A DNA stretch of 64,000 nt from positions 18,937 through 82,936 of IMG/VR virus record IMGVR_UViG_3300047321_000170. One strand, given 5' to 3'. The translations under genes and the position numbers were made by a program. The notes under the pieces are model-generated. The model was given only the letters and a program-made list of their open reading frames with translations. It was not told the DNA's origin and did no database searches. Shown here in pieces: positions 29,446-38,688 of the stretch. The stretch comes from a virus. The stretch's first letter is position 1. Every line of letters starts with the position of its first letter.

Positions 29446-30888
29446 TCATGAGAAGTCAGCCATAGAGATTTTGCGAGCGTGTGCCTTGCTCTTATCGAAC
29501 ATCTCTTTCTGGTCCTGACGCCGTTGTTCTGACAGCCTGAAGATCTCCTTCGTCGGATCGACCTTGTTTGCCTCAGTAGACTTCTGCTCGATGATCTGCA
29601 TGATCCGCTGGTCAATCGAGTCGCGGTATTCGAGCACGTAGATCAGCAACGCTGTCTCACGCTTTCCACGAATACCTCGGCGATATGCCTGTACGAATGA
29701 GTCATCCATGTAGTTGAGCGAGCAGAAGACCATCACCTTCAGATGGTTCCAGTTAAAGCCAACGCCTGCCGTGTCAGCTGATGCAACCACGCAGTCGAGA
29801 TGCCCAGCGCGGAACGCCTGGTCGATACCAGCTCGGCGTGCAGACGACACCGTGCCGTTGATCAGTCCGACGCGCAGACCCATCGACTTGGCGATTTCAA
29901 CGATGCGCTCCTGCTCGGGGATAAGACACGCGAAGATCGCGATCGGCTCGCCCGACTGCTTGGCATCTGCCAGGTGGATCTTCAAGCGTTCGTCCTTGCC
30001 TGTAGATTCGCCCTTGGCAATACCGAAGGTCTCCGGATGCGACATGATCTGACGGCATCGCATGGCATTGACTGCGGGTGTTGCTCCCTCCAGGAACTCG
30101 TCTTCCAGCTCGACCAGCGCTTCGTCTTCCATCTCCTCGTATGCGACGCGCTGCTTCGGCGACATGTCGCACAGCTCGGTGACAATCACCTTGGCCTCTG
30201 GACCGTGGACTTCAGTGAAGGTATGGCGCACCGCGACGCGGGCCAGCACTGCCGACAACTTCTCGTGGTTGGTCCAACCGATCGTTTCGCCGTTAGCGCC
30301 TTGCAAGCGGTGGTAGCCGAGGAAGCCACCATAGGAGCCATAGAAGCGAGGTTCGATCACTTCGATCGTTGGGTATGCACTGCCGAGATTGCCCTTGATG
30401 ATCGTGCCGGTCATGCCCAGGTAATACTCGATCTGACGCATCGACAAGATCCAGTTCGTCGTGCGGCCGGCATTGTAGCCAGCGTAGCCAAGGTGCAGTT
30501 CGTCAACGACCACGGCGTTCAGCTCGGGCTGATAACTCTTCATCGCCTGCCAGTTATCTGACCACTGCTGGAAGCCCATGATGAAGACTTTGGCTTCACG
30601 GTTCTGCATCTGCCTTTGGCGGCGCTTGCGATCACCATCGACTACCTGGACATCCTTGCTGTTGAAGCGCGTGAACTCCAGGATCTCGTCGCGGTTCTTA
30701 CGCAGTAGCGACATCGGCATGACGAACGCCGTCTTCACGCCGCAGTTGTGCCAGAGGTAGTCCATGTAGACGACCGCACTGCCGGTCTTCTGGCACGCCG
30801 GGTCAGACAAATTGAGGCAGCGCTTGGTCGCGATGTAGAACGCAAGATCGGCGATCTGGTGCTCGCGTAGAGCTTTCTTTTCAGTCAT
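29446..30888 (-). CDS. SF2 (SNF2-like) helicase
   Basis: CQKT, DELH, MTGT, GVGFN, QA..R..R. Confidence 0.88.
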   Translation of the reverse strand: MTEKKALREHQIADLAFYIATKRCLNLSDPACQKTGSAVVYMDYLWHNCGVKTAFVMPMSLLRKNRDEILEFTRFNSKDVQVVDGDRKRRQRQMQNREAKVFIMGFQQWSDNWQAMKSYQPELNAVVVDELHLGYAGYNAGRTTNWILSMRQIEYYLGMTGTIIKGNLGSAYPTIEVIEPRFYGSYGGFLGYHRLQGANGETIGWTNHEKLSAVLARVAVRHTFTEVHGPEAKVIVTELCDMSPKQRVAYEEMEDEALVELEDEFLEGATPAVNAMRCRQIMSHPETFGIAKGESTGKDERLKIHLADAKQSGEPIAIFACLIPEQERIVEIAKSMGLRVGLINGTVSSARRAGIDQAFRAGHLDCVVASADTAGVGFNWNHLKVMVFCSLNYMDDSFVQAYRRGIRGKRETALLIYVLEYRDSIDQRIMQIIEQKSTEANKVDPTKEIFRLSEQRRQDQKEMFDKSKAHARKISMADFS

Positions 30889-31177
30889 TGGTTCTTCTCT
30901 TCTTCAGCTCAGCTTCCATCACTTGAAGACGGCGGCTAATGCGCTGTTTCAGATACCGCTCCAGTTCGGCGTCGAACTCTTGCTCAGCGAACATCTGGGC
31001 GTACTCACCTGTCAGCCCGGTCGGCGGAAGTGGGCGTGGCAGCGCTTCAGTGGGCGTGACCCATCCGTTGCGACGCAGGAATTTGATCGCGTTGTCCAGA
31101 TGCGCGTCGTCCATCTGCACGATAGAGAGTTCGCGCCCATCTCGGGTTCTCCAGACGGTGGGGTCAGGCCTACTCAT
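30881..31177 (-). CDS. Hypothetical protein
   Basis: WRTRDG..M.D.HL.N motif. Confidence 0.65.
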   Translation of the reverse strand: MSRPDPTVWRTRDGRELSIVQMDDAHLDNAIKFLRRNGWVTPTEALPRPLPPTGLTGEYAQMFAEQEFDAELERYLKQRISRRLQVMEAELKKRRTND

Positions 31178-31397
31178 CGTGGGTCTCCTCCATGTCCATT
31201 GCAAAGTTATGCAGCGCTTTCGTCGCCTCTTCAAAGCGACGTTCTGCCTTTCGCAGCTTGCGGTAGGCCTTCACCCACTCCGGGTGCTCGCGTTCGAGAT
31301 CCGGCAGGATCTTCTCGAAGTCAACGAAGCTCTCAGGCTGCTTTTTCTCGGTGTAGTAGCAGAGGCTGAAGAGGTCGCCGGCTTTCAGCTTGCTCAT
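31170..31397 (-). CDS. Hypothetical protein
   Basis: Coupled ORF. Confidence 0.6.
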   Translation of the reverse strand: MSKLKAGDLFSLCYYTEKKQPESFVDFEKILPDLEREHPEWVKAYRKLRKAERRFEEATKALHNFAMDMEETHDE

Positions 31398-31657
31398 GCC
31401 GATCCTCCCGCGTCTGCATGCCGCGCGTCGTGGTAGCTGCACCACGCGTCGGGCGACACCTTGTAGTAGAAGCCGTTGCGATCCTGGATCAGCAGCCGAT
31501 GCTCCATCAGCTTGCCGAGGATCGCTCCAGCGGTGCGGCCATGTGCGTTGGCCATGTCGGCGAGCGACATGCCCGACTCGAAGCGCGCCTTCAGCTGTGC
31601 GCGCTCTTCCGGCGTCCAGGTCGTTCCAGCGTTACTGCGGTTGAAGGTCTCGCTCAT
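31394..31657 (-). CDS. Myb/HTH-like small DNA-binding protein
   Basis: WTPEE..L...G.SLADMA..HGRT.GAI. Confidence 0.65.
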   Translation of the reverse strand: MSETFNRSNAGTTWTPEERAQLKARFESGMSLADMANAHGRTAGAILGKLMEHRLLIQDRNGFYYKVSPDAWCSYHDARHADAGGSA

Positions 31658-31932
31658 TTGTTCTTGCTCCCATCGTTCCAGTCCCACGCTTGCCAGTCGC
31701 CGTTTTCTGGCAGCTCAGCCTTGACCTCGCGACCGGCCCACTTCTCGAAGGCTTCCATGCTCACCTTCGGGTAGCGACGACCGTTGGTGACACTTGGGCT
31801 GTCGTACTGGACCTGCGAACCGAACGAGTCGATCCAGAGAATTTGGCGATCATTCACCAGCGGCCTCAACATTGAGCCGGCAGCGACCGGGCGCTTCGCG
31901 CGCCATACCTGCCCCACCTGGAACTTGCTCAT
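31654..31932 (-). CDS. Hypothetical protein
   Basis: Coupled ORF. Confidence 0.65.
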   Translation of the reverse strand: MSKFQVGQVWRAKRPVAAGSMLRPLVNDRQILWIDSFGSQVQYDSPSVTNGRRYPKVSMEAFEKWAGREVKAELPENGDWQAWDWNDGSKNK

Positions 31933-32648
31933 GCTGCCCTCCCCCGTGCCTGCGGCAGATCCGAAAGCGGATCTTCGCGCCGCGCGTGCCGCTTCAGCAC
32001 CGTCATGCCAAGGGCTTCGAGCGGCAACGAAACGATGTGGCCTTCCTCACCGGCCAGGAGAGCCGTTTGCAGCCGCACAGCGGGCTTGCTGACGATCAGG
32101 TCAGCCGTACCCGTCACGATTACGCGGCGGGCGCTGTAGCGGGCCTGGGAGACGATCTCGTCGAGGATCTTCTGGTGCTTCGGCGTGGCCTGCGTGAGGA
32201 CCAGCGGTTGCACGTTCGTGCGGTCCAGCTCGAAGACCAGGTCCGACATCGAGAAGTGCCATATGCGGCGCACGATCGGCGTGAGCGGGCTGCTCATGCG
32301 CGACAGCGTCAGCAGCGTCAGGTTCAGCTCGTCGTTGGTGTCTTCCACCACGTAGACGCCGGCCTCGTGGTCCTGCTTAGGGATCGGCAGCATGGCCTGG
32401 ACCAACGGGTCGCGCGCAAGCGCCTGAAACTGCTTCCAGTGGATGACATCCGGCACTGGGGCGCCGGTCGGGAACAGGTGGTTGCACATCGCGCGTCTCG
32501 ACGGGACGACCAGGAACGGCGACGGCGCGCGCAGCGACATGAAGTTCTGCACGGAGCGCGCCTGGTGCAGATAGGCGATGCCTTCAGGCGTCCAGTGCAG
32601 GCCATACATCGCCACTTCGATCTTGTTGTTCTGTACTTCTGTATTCAT
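31929..32648 (-). CDS. Hypothetical protein
   Basis: 239-aa coupled ORF. Confidence 0.7.
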   Translation of the reverse strand: MNTEVQNNKIEVAMYGLHWTPEGIAYLHQARSVQNFMSLRAPSPFLVVPSRRAMCNHLFPTGAPVPDVIHWKQFQALARDPLVQAMLPIPKQDHEAGVYVVEDTNDELNLTLLTLSRMSSPLTPIVRRIWHFSMSDLVFELDRTNVQPLVLTQATPKHQKILDEIVSQARYSARRVIVTGTADLIVSKPAVRLQTALLAGEEGHIVSLPLEALGMTVLKRHARREDPLSDLPQARGRAA

Positions 32649-33049
32649 AGCTTGACCAGTTCGTTGAGCGGCTTCTTCGTGTACTGCACGAGATCCATAA
32701 GATCCATGAGCGTCACGTCATAGCGCCCGTGTTCGACAGCGAGCACCTTGTGTGCGGTCCAGCCCAAGCGTTCCGCGCATTCGCGGCGGGTTTGCTTGAG
32801 TTCCAGGACGCGGTGGGTGGCCAGTAGTTCGCCGAGCTTTTCATGCACGCGCGAGAGGGACTTGCGCGGCTGCTTCGGCTGATCGTCGGGGGTCTCTGGC
32901 TTCTTCCGGTTTGCAGCGGTCACGCCTTTGGCGCGCACGATCGCCCTGATCGATGGAACCGATAGGGAGAAGTCGCGCGCGAGCTTCGAGGCGGGAACAC
33001 CGGACGCGTAGAGATCCGCGATCTGTTGATCGCGTTCCTCTTTGCACAT
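32645..33049 (-). CDS. Double-HTH (XRE-like) transcriptional regulator
   Basis: ASKLARDFSLS and RRECAERLG..VLAVEHG; no S24 peptidase domain. Confidence 0.75.
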   Translation of the reverse strand: MCKEERDQQIADLYASGVPASKLARDFSLSVPSIRAIVRAKGVTAANRKKPETPDDQPKQPRKSLSRVHEKLGELLATHRVLELKQTRRECAERLGWTAHKVLAVEHGRYDVTLMDLMDLVQYTKKPLNELVKL

Positions 33050-33056
33050 GGGAAGA

Positions 33057-33284
33057 TCAGACCTTCTGGAAAGGGAAAGTCTGGGGGTTCTTCTTGATCA
33101 GCCGGCTGAAGGTGCTGCCGAACGATTCCGCGGTGGTCAGTTGATCGACCGTGCCTTGATCGACGTTGCTGTACTGATACTCGTCGCCGTTCTTCACGAA
33201 GACGATGTTCAGCTTCTTGTTGTTCGCGTCATAGGCGAACGCCGAGATTTGTGACGAAGTCACAGGTGTGTAGCCAGGTTTCAT
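33057..33284 (-). CDS. KTSC-domain protein
   Basis: SSQI..AYD...L.I.F..G..YQY.NV...AES.GS.F. Confidence 0.85.
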   Translation of the reverse strand: MKPGYTPVTSSQISAFAYDANNKKLNIVFVKNGDEYQYSNVDQGTVDQLTTAESFGSTFSRLIKKNPQTFPFQKV

Positions 33285-33356
33285 GTTTCGATCCAGTAGA
33301 TGAAAGTTATTACAGTAGGACGCTCGGTGGTGGACGTGCGTCTTACCGTATGCTGT

Positions 33357-33629
33357 TTAGATAACTGCCGTGATGTTCTCCTTCTTGACGGGGTGTTCCA
33401 TGTGGACGGAGACGACCGGATGCGTGCGACCGTAGATCGTGAGACAGATCGGATCGCCAGCATTCAGCCGTGCAAGTTCTTCAGGAGTCGGCAACCAGAA
33501 TGAAGAGTAGGCATTCGACTCTTCATCGCGGTGTGCTGGCAGCGTGTGGCACTTGCCGTCTTTCGCCTCGTCCCAGTTAGTGGGTGCGCCGAGCCGCGCG
33601 TTCGTCAGCGTTGTGTCAACGATGTTCAT
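33357..33629 (-). CDS. Hypothetical protein
   Basis: GAP..WD..C..LP..W.PT.EEL..LN.G motif. Confidence 0.7.
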   Translation of the reverse strand: MNIVDTTLTNARLGAPTNWDEAKDGKCHTLPAHRDEESNAYSSFWLPTPEELARLNAGDPICLTIYGRTHPVVSVHMEHPVKKENITAVI

Positions 33630-33847
33630 GCGGTCCTCCCGTGCGCGGCCTTCCAGACGATCCAGTAGCGGTGGACCTCGCTGTTGAGGTAGCCATCGTC
33701 TTTCGGATCACGTTCGAGCGACAGGCCTTCGAGGATTTCCAGCTTCTCGAACACGTCGCGGCGCAGCCAGCCATAGCGGCGCTTCTCGTACTTGCGCCGG
33801 ATCGGCATGGGGAACGGGCTGGCGGGTTGGGGCTGTGCTGTGGTCAT
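33626..33847 (-). CDS. Hypothetical protein
   Basis: Coupled ORF. Confidence 0.6.
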   Translation of the reverse strand: MTTAQPQPASPFPMPIRRKYEKRRYGWLRRDVFEKLEILEGLSLERDPKDDGYLNSEVHRYWIVWKAAHGRTA

Positions 33848-34104
33848 GACGGAACCCTCGTGCGCCGCAGGCGGTCACGCAGACCCTTGAGCTTGTTCTT
33901 CTGCTCTTTGGTCAGCATGTTCGTGTTGAGCAGGTTCTTGACTGCCTTGTTCCACTTCTCGCGGTTGACGGTCTTGGGCTCCGGATCACCCTCTTCGGTG
34001 ATCGCGATCAGCTCCTTGTAGGTGAGCAGCTTCTCGCCGGTCGTCATCATCGCGGTGAACGCGGCGGAAGCCGCGTTAGGCGTGGTGGTCGATTTCGATT
34101 CCAT
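33844..34104 (-). CDS. Basic hypothetical protein
   Basis: Coupled ORF. Confidence 0.6.
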   Translation of the reverse strand: MESKSTTTPNAASAAFTAMMTTGEKLLTYKELIAITEEGDPEPKTVNREKWNKAVKNLLNTNMLTKEQKNKLKGLRDRLRRTRVPS

Positions 34105-34402
34105 TGTGGGTGCTCATGAAGATGCCCACGATCGACGGATCGTCGATTGCTTGTCCGAACCAGTGGCCAGGGTCCAGACGGGCATTGATGATTGTTTTCA
34201 TCTCCTCCCACATCTTCAAGCCTTCATCGTTCCAGAACATGTGGTGGTTGTCCCGGATCGCCTGCTTGAGTCCATGCGGAAGGTACTTTTCTTTCAGCTC
34301 GACGAACGCGTCGATGTCAACTTTTAGCAACACTCCAAGGCCGACATCGACCACGTCACGCATCGCGCCGCTCTCGGCCTGATACACGACGAGTGCGGTC
34401 AT
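34076..34402 (-). CDS. Hypothetical protein
   Basis: Coupled ORF. Confidence 0.6.
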   Translation of the reverse strand: MTALVVYQAESGAMRDVVDVGLGVLLKVDIDAFVELKEKYLPHGLKQAIRDNHHMFWNDEGLKMWEEMKTIINARLDPGHWFGQAIDDPSIVGIFMSTHNGIEIDHHA

Positions 34403-34611
34403 TGCGTCACTACCGCGTTCGGCGGGAACTCGCTCAGCTCGAAGAGATTGAACTTCTCGACTACTTGCAGAGCCTTGAGCGTGTTCATCGTCTTCATCCA
34501 CGCGTCGAGCACGCGTGGGTGATCGAAGTAACGCGTCTGGACTTCTCCCGACGCGTACGTGATAAACATCACGAGCTTGTCACCTGGATAGATGGTCTTT
34601 TCCAACGGCAC
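34399..34611 (-). CDS. Hypothetical protein
   Basis: Coupled ORF. Confidence 0.55.
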   Translation of the reverse strand: MPLEKTIYPGDKLVMFITYASGEVQTRYFDHPRVLDAWMKTMNTLKALQVVEKFNLFELSEFPPNAVVTQ

Positions 34612-35128
34612 GTAAAACCTCCTTGATCATCTCTGGCGGAAAATCCGCCATGTATGGGTGGTTAGCGACATCATCGTAACAACGCGGCTGCGTGACGGCG
34701 AGCAGAGACTCCATCAGCTCCTTGCATTCCTGCCGTTGCTCGGTGCGCGGATCTCCGGTTGGCGTTCCGGCCATGAACATCGCTGCATCCTTATCGCGCA
34801 ATAGCCAGTGATCGGGGTTGCAACACAGGGTGTTGCCGCAACGGTTCACCAGGCGGTACTTCGGCGTCTTCAGGATATGCGGGGTCGACCACTCGTACAC
34901 GATCTTGTGCGGAGCCATGCGCTTGTTCTTTCCCAGCTTCACGAGACCGTAGGGCTTCGTGACGACAGGCTGATAGAACGGCGTACGGTCGCGGGTTCGC
35001 ATCATCTGCAAACGCGGGCCGGCCTTCGTCTTGGCTCCTGTCCAGGGCCAGCAGACGTTAGGCGTTCCGAAGTTGGTGATGCGAGACTTGATGCGATCGA
35101 CGAGCAGCTGAAGCTGTTCCTCGGTCAC
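34580..35128 (-). CDS. HNH (His-Cys box-like) endonuclease, possibly degenerate
   Basis: CWPWTG..YG..H..RCGNTLCCNPDH. Confidence 0.7.
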   Translation of the reverse strand: MTEEQLQLLVDRIKSRITNFGTPNVCWPWTGAKTKAGPRLQMMRTRDRTPFYQPVVTKPYGLVKLGKNKRMAPHKIVYEWSTPHILKTPKYRLVNRCGNTLCCNPDHWLLRDKDAAMFMAGTPTGDPRTEQRQECKELMESLLAVTQPRCYDDVANHPYMADFPPEMIKEVLRAVGKDHLSR

Positions 35129-35223
35129 AGGCCACCTTTGCGGGGCGCAGAAGAAAGGGGTTTCATGTTGACTCCATTGTCAGAATGCTCAAGCGCGGTG
35201 GTGGTCGCGCATCCTACAGATAC

Positions 35224-35256
35224 AAAAAAGCCGCGCCTGGCAGGGCGCGGCTTTTT
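35224..35256. terminator. Bidirectional intrinsic terminator
   Basis: AAAAAAGCCGCGCC..GGCGCGGCTTTTT. Confidence 0.85.
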
Positions 35257-35266
35257 CGGGTACGGC

Positions 35267-35689
35267 TTAGTGCGCCGACTTAGCCAGCGTCGGGATCAGC
35301 TTGAAGTGCTTCGACAGATACGTCAGCACCTGGTCGCCGTGTTCCGCGAGGTTCGACAGCAGCGCTTCTTCGGTGATCGCGGCCGGCAGCGTGCGACCTT
35401 CAGCGACCGTGGTGCCGTCGACAACGACCGGCTCGATCACTTCGGTCTTCGCGCCCTTGAACAACAGGCCGATGGCCTGCTTCAGCGTCGCGGTGCGCTC
35501 GGCGACGAACGCTTCACGGGCCTTCTGTTGAGCCTGGAAGGCGGCTTCTTGTGCCGGGGTCCAGTTGGTCGCGGCCTTCGGTGCGCCGCGCAGTGCGCGA
35601 GGCGTCTTACCGTCATTGCCACCCTTGCTCTTGGCCGGGGCTGCGTTCGTCTTCGTCGTCTTTGCGTTCGTGGTGGTGTTCGTGTCCAT
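35267..35689 (-). CDS. Hypothetical protein with basic N-terminus
   Basis: 140-aa ORF followed by terminator. Confidence 0.7.
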   Translation of the reverse strand: MDTNTTTNAKTTKTNAAPAKSKGGNDGKTPRALRGAPKAATNWTPAQEAAFQAQQKAREAFVAERTATLKQAIGLLFKGAKTEVIEPVVVDGTTVAEGRTLPAAITEEALLSNLAEHGDQVLTYLSKHFKLIPTLAKSAH

Positions 35690-35787
35690 CTTCTAGTTCC
35701 TGGTACAGGTTAAAGAACGTCAGGCCAGTGACGTGGTTTCACCTAGCCCGTGGTGCGGGCCGGGCAGTTTCGATCCGGTATCGGGTA

Positions 35788-36027
35788 TTACAGAGCGCGG
35801 TTGTTCGCCAGCTCGGCGTTGAACACGCGACCGCGAGCAGTATTGCCGCGCAGTTCGTAGGAGACCTTAGCATCCTCGAACTGCTTAGTGATATAGCCGT
35901 GGATTTCAACGCCATCCCATTCAGCAGGCATCACTTCGATTGCCTTTACGACCTTGTCGGTCACCGTCTTCAGGAGGTCTTTAGCGAACTTGCGCTTTTG
36001 GGCCAGGCTCAGCGTCTTCTGTTGCAT
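35788..36027 (-). CDS. Hypothetical protein
   Basis: ORF with AAGGA SD. Confidence 0.65.
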   Translation of the reverse strand: MQQKTLSLAQKRKFAKDLLKTVTDKVVKAIEVMPAEWDGVEIHGYITKQFEDAKVSYELRGNTARGRVFNAELANNRAL

Positions 36028-36249
36028 TTGGTTACAAATCCTTTATAGGTCGTCGATATTACCTTACTAGGTCGCTCTGTGGTGGAAGATTTGACCTTTC
36101 TTTTTGTGCTTAAGACATCCTCTCACACGTTGACCGCCTGCTCAGGATATGTCTTGCGTGAAGGCGTATAACCGCCGACCCGTCTGTACGCTGCACGGCG
36201 TACATCGAAGGTTCGAATTGTAAGATGAAACCTTCAATCTTGGGGCTGC

Positions 36250-36264
36250 AACTATACGATAGTT
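36250..36264. promoter_or_regulatory. Palindromic operator, family A
   Basis: AACTATACGATAGTT. Confidence 0.6.
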
Positions 36265-36305
36265 ACGTTCCTTTCTTCTCGTAAGGTTCGCCACCGCACA
36301 GTCTT

Positions 36306-36488
36306 TCAGATCCCTAATTCTTTTGCCACCAGGGCAACTTCCTCGTCGCTCAATGCGGCGAACTGTTGTATTAGCAGGGTGCTCAAGGCATGCTCATAGC
36401 CGACTGTGCAGGCCTGCACCATCGCGGCAGCAACGAGCGCGGTGCGGATCACTTCAGGTTCACGAAGCATCATGGTCGTATCCTTCAA
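36306..36488 (-). CDS. Small hypothetical protein
   Basis: 60-aa ORF. Confidence 0.5.
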   Translation of the reverse strand: MKDTTMMLREPEVIRTALVAAAMVQACTVGYEHALSTLLIQQFAALSDEEVALVAKELGI

Positions 36489-36529
36489 GAAAGAAGCCGC
36501 CTCGCGGCGGCTTTGATAGATGGGCTACC

Positions 36530-36943
36530 TCACTCGACAGCTGGCTGTAGGTGGATTGAGTCGTCCATTGAGATTCGGTACAGACGCGAGCGCGTCGGGA
36601 TCGTCACAGACACCGTCGAGTCGGCCGCGCCGAGTGCCCGTAGTGAGTTCAGGCCAGCTGTAATGATGTGCTCGCCGGCAGGCAGGTAGACCGTGAGCGC
36701 TTCACGCTGCTCGATCGTCGCCACTTTCGCGCCGTCTACCCAGACAGCCAGCGTTGCCCCTCCCTTTCCAAAGCCGGCATCGCGTACGATCGTCAGGCTC
36801 TGCGCGCCCTCGCGTGGGCTTGTGAGACTCGTCGCCAGGATCTGATCTCTCGGGACGGGCTTCGTTTCGCTCAGTGGCACCAAGCTAGTCGCGCAGCCGG
36901 CAAGTGCGGCGGCAAAGGTGAGCATTATCAGGATGCGGCGCAT
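36530..36943 (-). CDS. Lipoprotein (possible superinfection-exclusion moron)
   Basis: Signal peptide with LAGC lipobox; hairpin terminator at ~36494-36514. Confidence 0.75.
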   Translation of the reverse strand: MRRILIMLTFAAALAGCATSLVPLSETKPVPRDQILATSLTSPREGAQSLTIVRDAGFGKGGATLAVWVDGAKVATIEQREALTVYLPAGEHIITAGLNSLRALGAADSTVSVTIPTRSRLYRISMDDSIHLQPAVE

Positions 36944-37002
36944 TGAATCCCCGTCTTATAGTTGAAAGGATCGAAGTATGCCGCATCATGGTGTCGCTCC
37001 GC

Positions 37003-37782
37003 TCAGTCAAGGAAGAAGTGGCCGTTCTCTTCGGTGAATCCGTTATGCCGCAGATCCCCTTCCCAGTAGTGCTCCCAGTCGATGTAGCCGAACATCGGAT
37101 GCTGGTCGTCGATCAGCCCGGTCTCGACGGCCCAGTCCATCGCGAAGTCCTTTACGCTGTCCCAGTGGCCGCGATATGCGTCGCGGAACTTGTCGACCGA
37201 CGCGTCCTTGAGGTCGCCGCTCTGGCATGTATTGACCCAGATCATAAAGGCTTCCATCTCTTCGTCGCTGTCCAGCTCGCCGAGCACTTCCTCGATCTTC
37301 GCGATCTCGGACAGCGGCGTGTACTCGCCGATCAGCCCGTTCGGGTAGCCTTCGTGATCGTGGATCGCGTACTCCTCTGACGAGGGCAACTTGCCTGCCC
37401 CGTGGCAGCGCTCGCACACCTTGACCTCGATGTTCTCGCCGGCCTGGAACGCCTCCAGCGCGGCAAGGCGTGTCGCGCCCACGTAGTTCATCGCGTCGAG
37501 GTCCTGCTCAGCCACCCAGCGACCATCGGCCAGCATGCGGGCGTTCCAGCCCTTCGTCTCGATGGCGTTGTCCAGCTGCTCTTCGAGTGTGTTGTCCCCC
37601 TCGCAGTCGGGGCACGTCACCAGCACGTTCGGGAAGCGGCTGGTCAATAAGACCTTGTCTCGTACTTCCTCGTACAGCTCGTCGGCGTCCATGCCTTCGG
37701 TGTCGATCCAGGTGCCATGCAGAACGCCGTTGTTGTACGACGCAAGACAGGCCACATAAATGCGGCGGTCGGTTGTAGTCAT
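37003..37782 (-). CDS. ardA: ArdA-family antirestriction protein with inserted Zn-finger segment
   Basis: IYVACLASYNNG.LHG.W, EYAIHD.EG, YRG.W, YIDWE; very acidic. Confidence 0.88.
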   Translation of the reverse strand: MTTTDRRIYVACLASYNNGVLHGTWIDTEGMDADELYEEVRDKVLLTSRFPNVLVTCPDCEGDNTLEEQLDNAIETKGWNARMLADGRWVAEQDLDAMNYVGATRLAALEAFQAGENIEVKVCERCHGAGKLPSSEEYAIHDHEGYPNGLIGEYTPLSEIAKIEEVLGELDSDEEMEAFMIWVNTCQSGDLKDASVDKFRDAYRGHWDSVKDFAMDWAVETGLIDDQHPMFGYIDWEHYWEGDLRHNGFTEENGHFFLD

Positions 37783-37931
37783 GATGTGGTGGTGATGTTA
37801 GGTACAGACGGGCAGACAGAGCGCGGGGCCAGCCGCTTCTCTGTGAGCTATGGAATTGGGGGCTGCGGGTATGAAAACAGCGCGCCTCAGCGCGCTGTTC
37901 TTGCTGCTATTCGGTGCTGCGATTCTCCGGC

Positions 37932-38150
37932 TTACAGGTTTGTAGCCATCGAGTTGTGCAACGTTTCGCGCTCGTCTGCGGCGACTTGCGTGCTGAGGCG
38001 GGTCTTGCGGTTCTTCAGGCCCGCGACCTTTGCAGCCCAGTGCTCTTGAGCGGCTTGCGCTTCGAGCAGTTCGAGTTCGCACTCGCGCAGTTGGTGCTTC
38101 GCTTCCGCTTTCGGGTTTTTGAAATTAAACAGGCTGGCCAGATAACGCAT
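37932..38150 (-). CDS. Hypothetical coiled-coil protein
   Basis: ORF with SD. Confidence 0.65.
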   Translation of the reverse strand: MRYLASLFNFKNPKAEAKHQLRECELELLEAQAAQEHWAAKVAGLKNRKTRLSTQVAADERETLHNSMATNL

Positions 38151-38181
38151 GATTGATCCTTCAATGTGGTGGTGGTGGTGA

Positions 38182-38406
38182 TTACAACGGTGCTTCTACG
38201 GCCTGCTGCTCTGACGTGATCTGGAATCCGCACTCGCGCATCCAGTCGAGGGCGATGTTCGCCCAGTCAGTTGTTCCGAGTTCCCAACCGAACAGCTCTT
38301 CGAGCTTTTCGATCGGCGTCATAGCCAGGATCTGCCTGTCCTGGCTCATGTCGGTCTCGTCAAGGTTGCGTCGTTGACGCAGGATCTGCAAAACGTCGAG
38401 TCGCAT
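38182..38406 (-). CDS. Hypothetical protein
   Basis: ORF with SD. Confidence 0.6.
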   Translation of the reverse strand: MRLDVLQILRQRRNLDETDMSQDRQILAMTPIEKLEELFGWELGTTDWANIALDWMRECGFQITSEQQAVEAPL

Positions 38407-38412
38407 GCCGCC

Positions 38413-38649
38413 TCACTTGAGGTAGTGCTGAATGATGCCCATTGCGACGATGACCGTGAAGCCGAGGCCGTACAGCTTGTTACTCAGACGCGACTCCATC
38501 AGCTCAAGATCCTTCTTCGTGGCTACCTGATCCACGAGCGCTTCATTGAGACTTTCGGCCAAGGCTTCAGCCTGTTCGCGGGTCATCGAACCTTTGTCCT
38601 GCATCTTTCTTGCGAACTTCAGGGTGTCGATCATTGTTGGTTCCCTCAT
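38413..38649 (-). CDS. DUF1640-like membrane protein
   Basis: DTLKFA..G...EQAEA..VATK.DL plus C-terminal TM. Confidence 0.75.
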   Translation of the reverse strand: MREPTMIDTLKFARKMQDKGSMTREQAEALAESLNEALVDQVATKKDLELMESRLSNKLYGLGFTVIVAMGIIQHYLK

Positions 38650-38688
38650 TTCCTTTTCACCATTCTAGAACTTTCCGCAGCTCGGCAG

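Noticed and set aside
32645-33049. Double-HTH protein as the CI immunity repressor
   Set aside because: Embedded co-directionally in the lytic leftward operon, with no peptidase domain or divergent promoter; a regulatory role remains possible.
36200-36230. tRNA gene suggested by GGTTCGAAT
   Set aside because: No T-stem, acceptor stem or cloverleaf around it.
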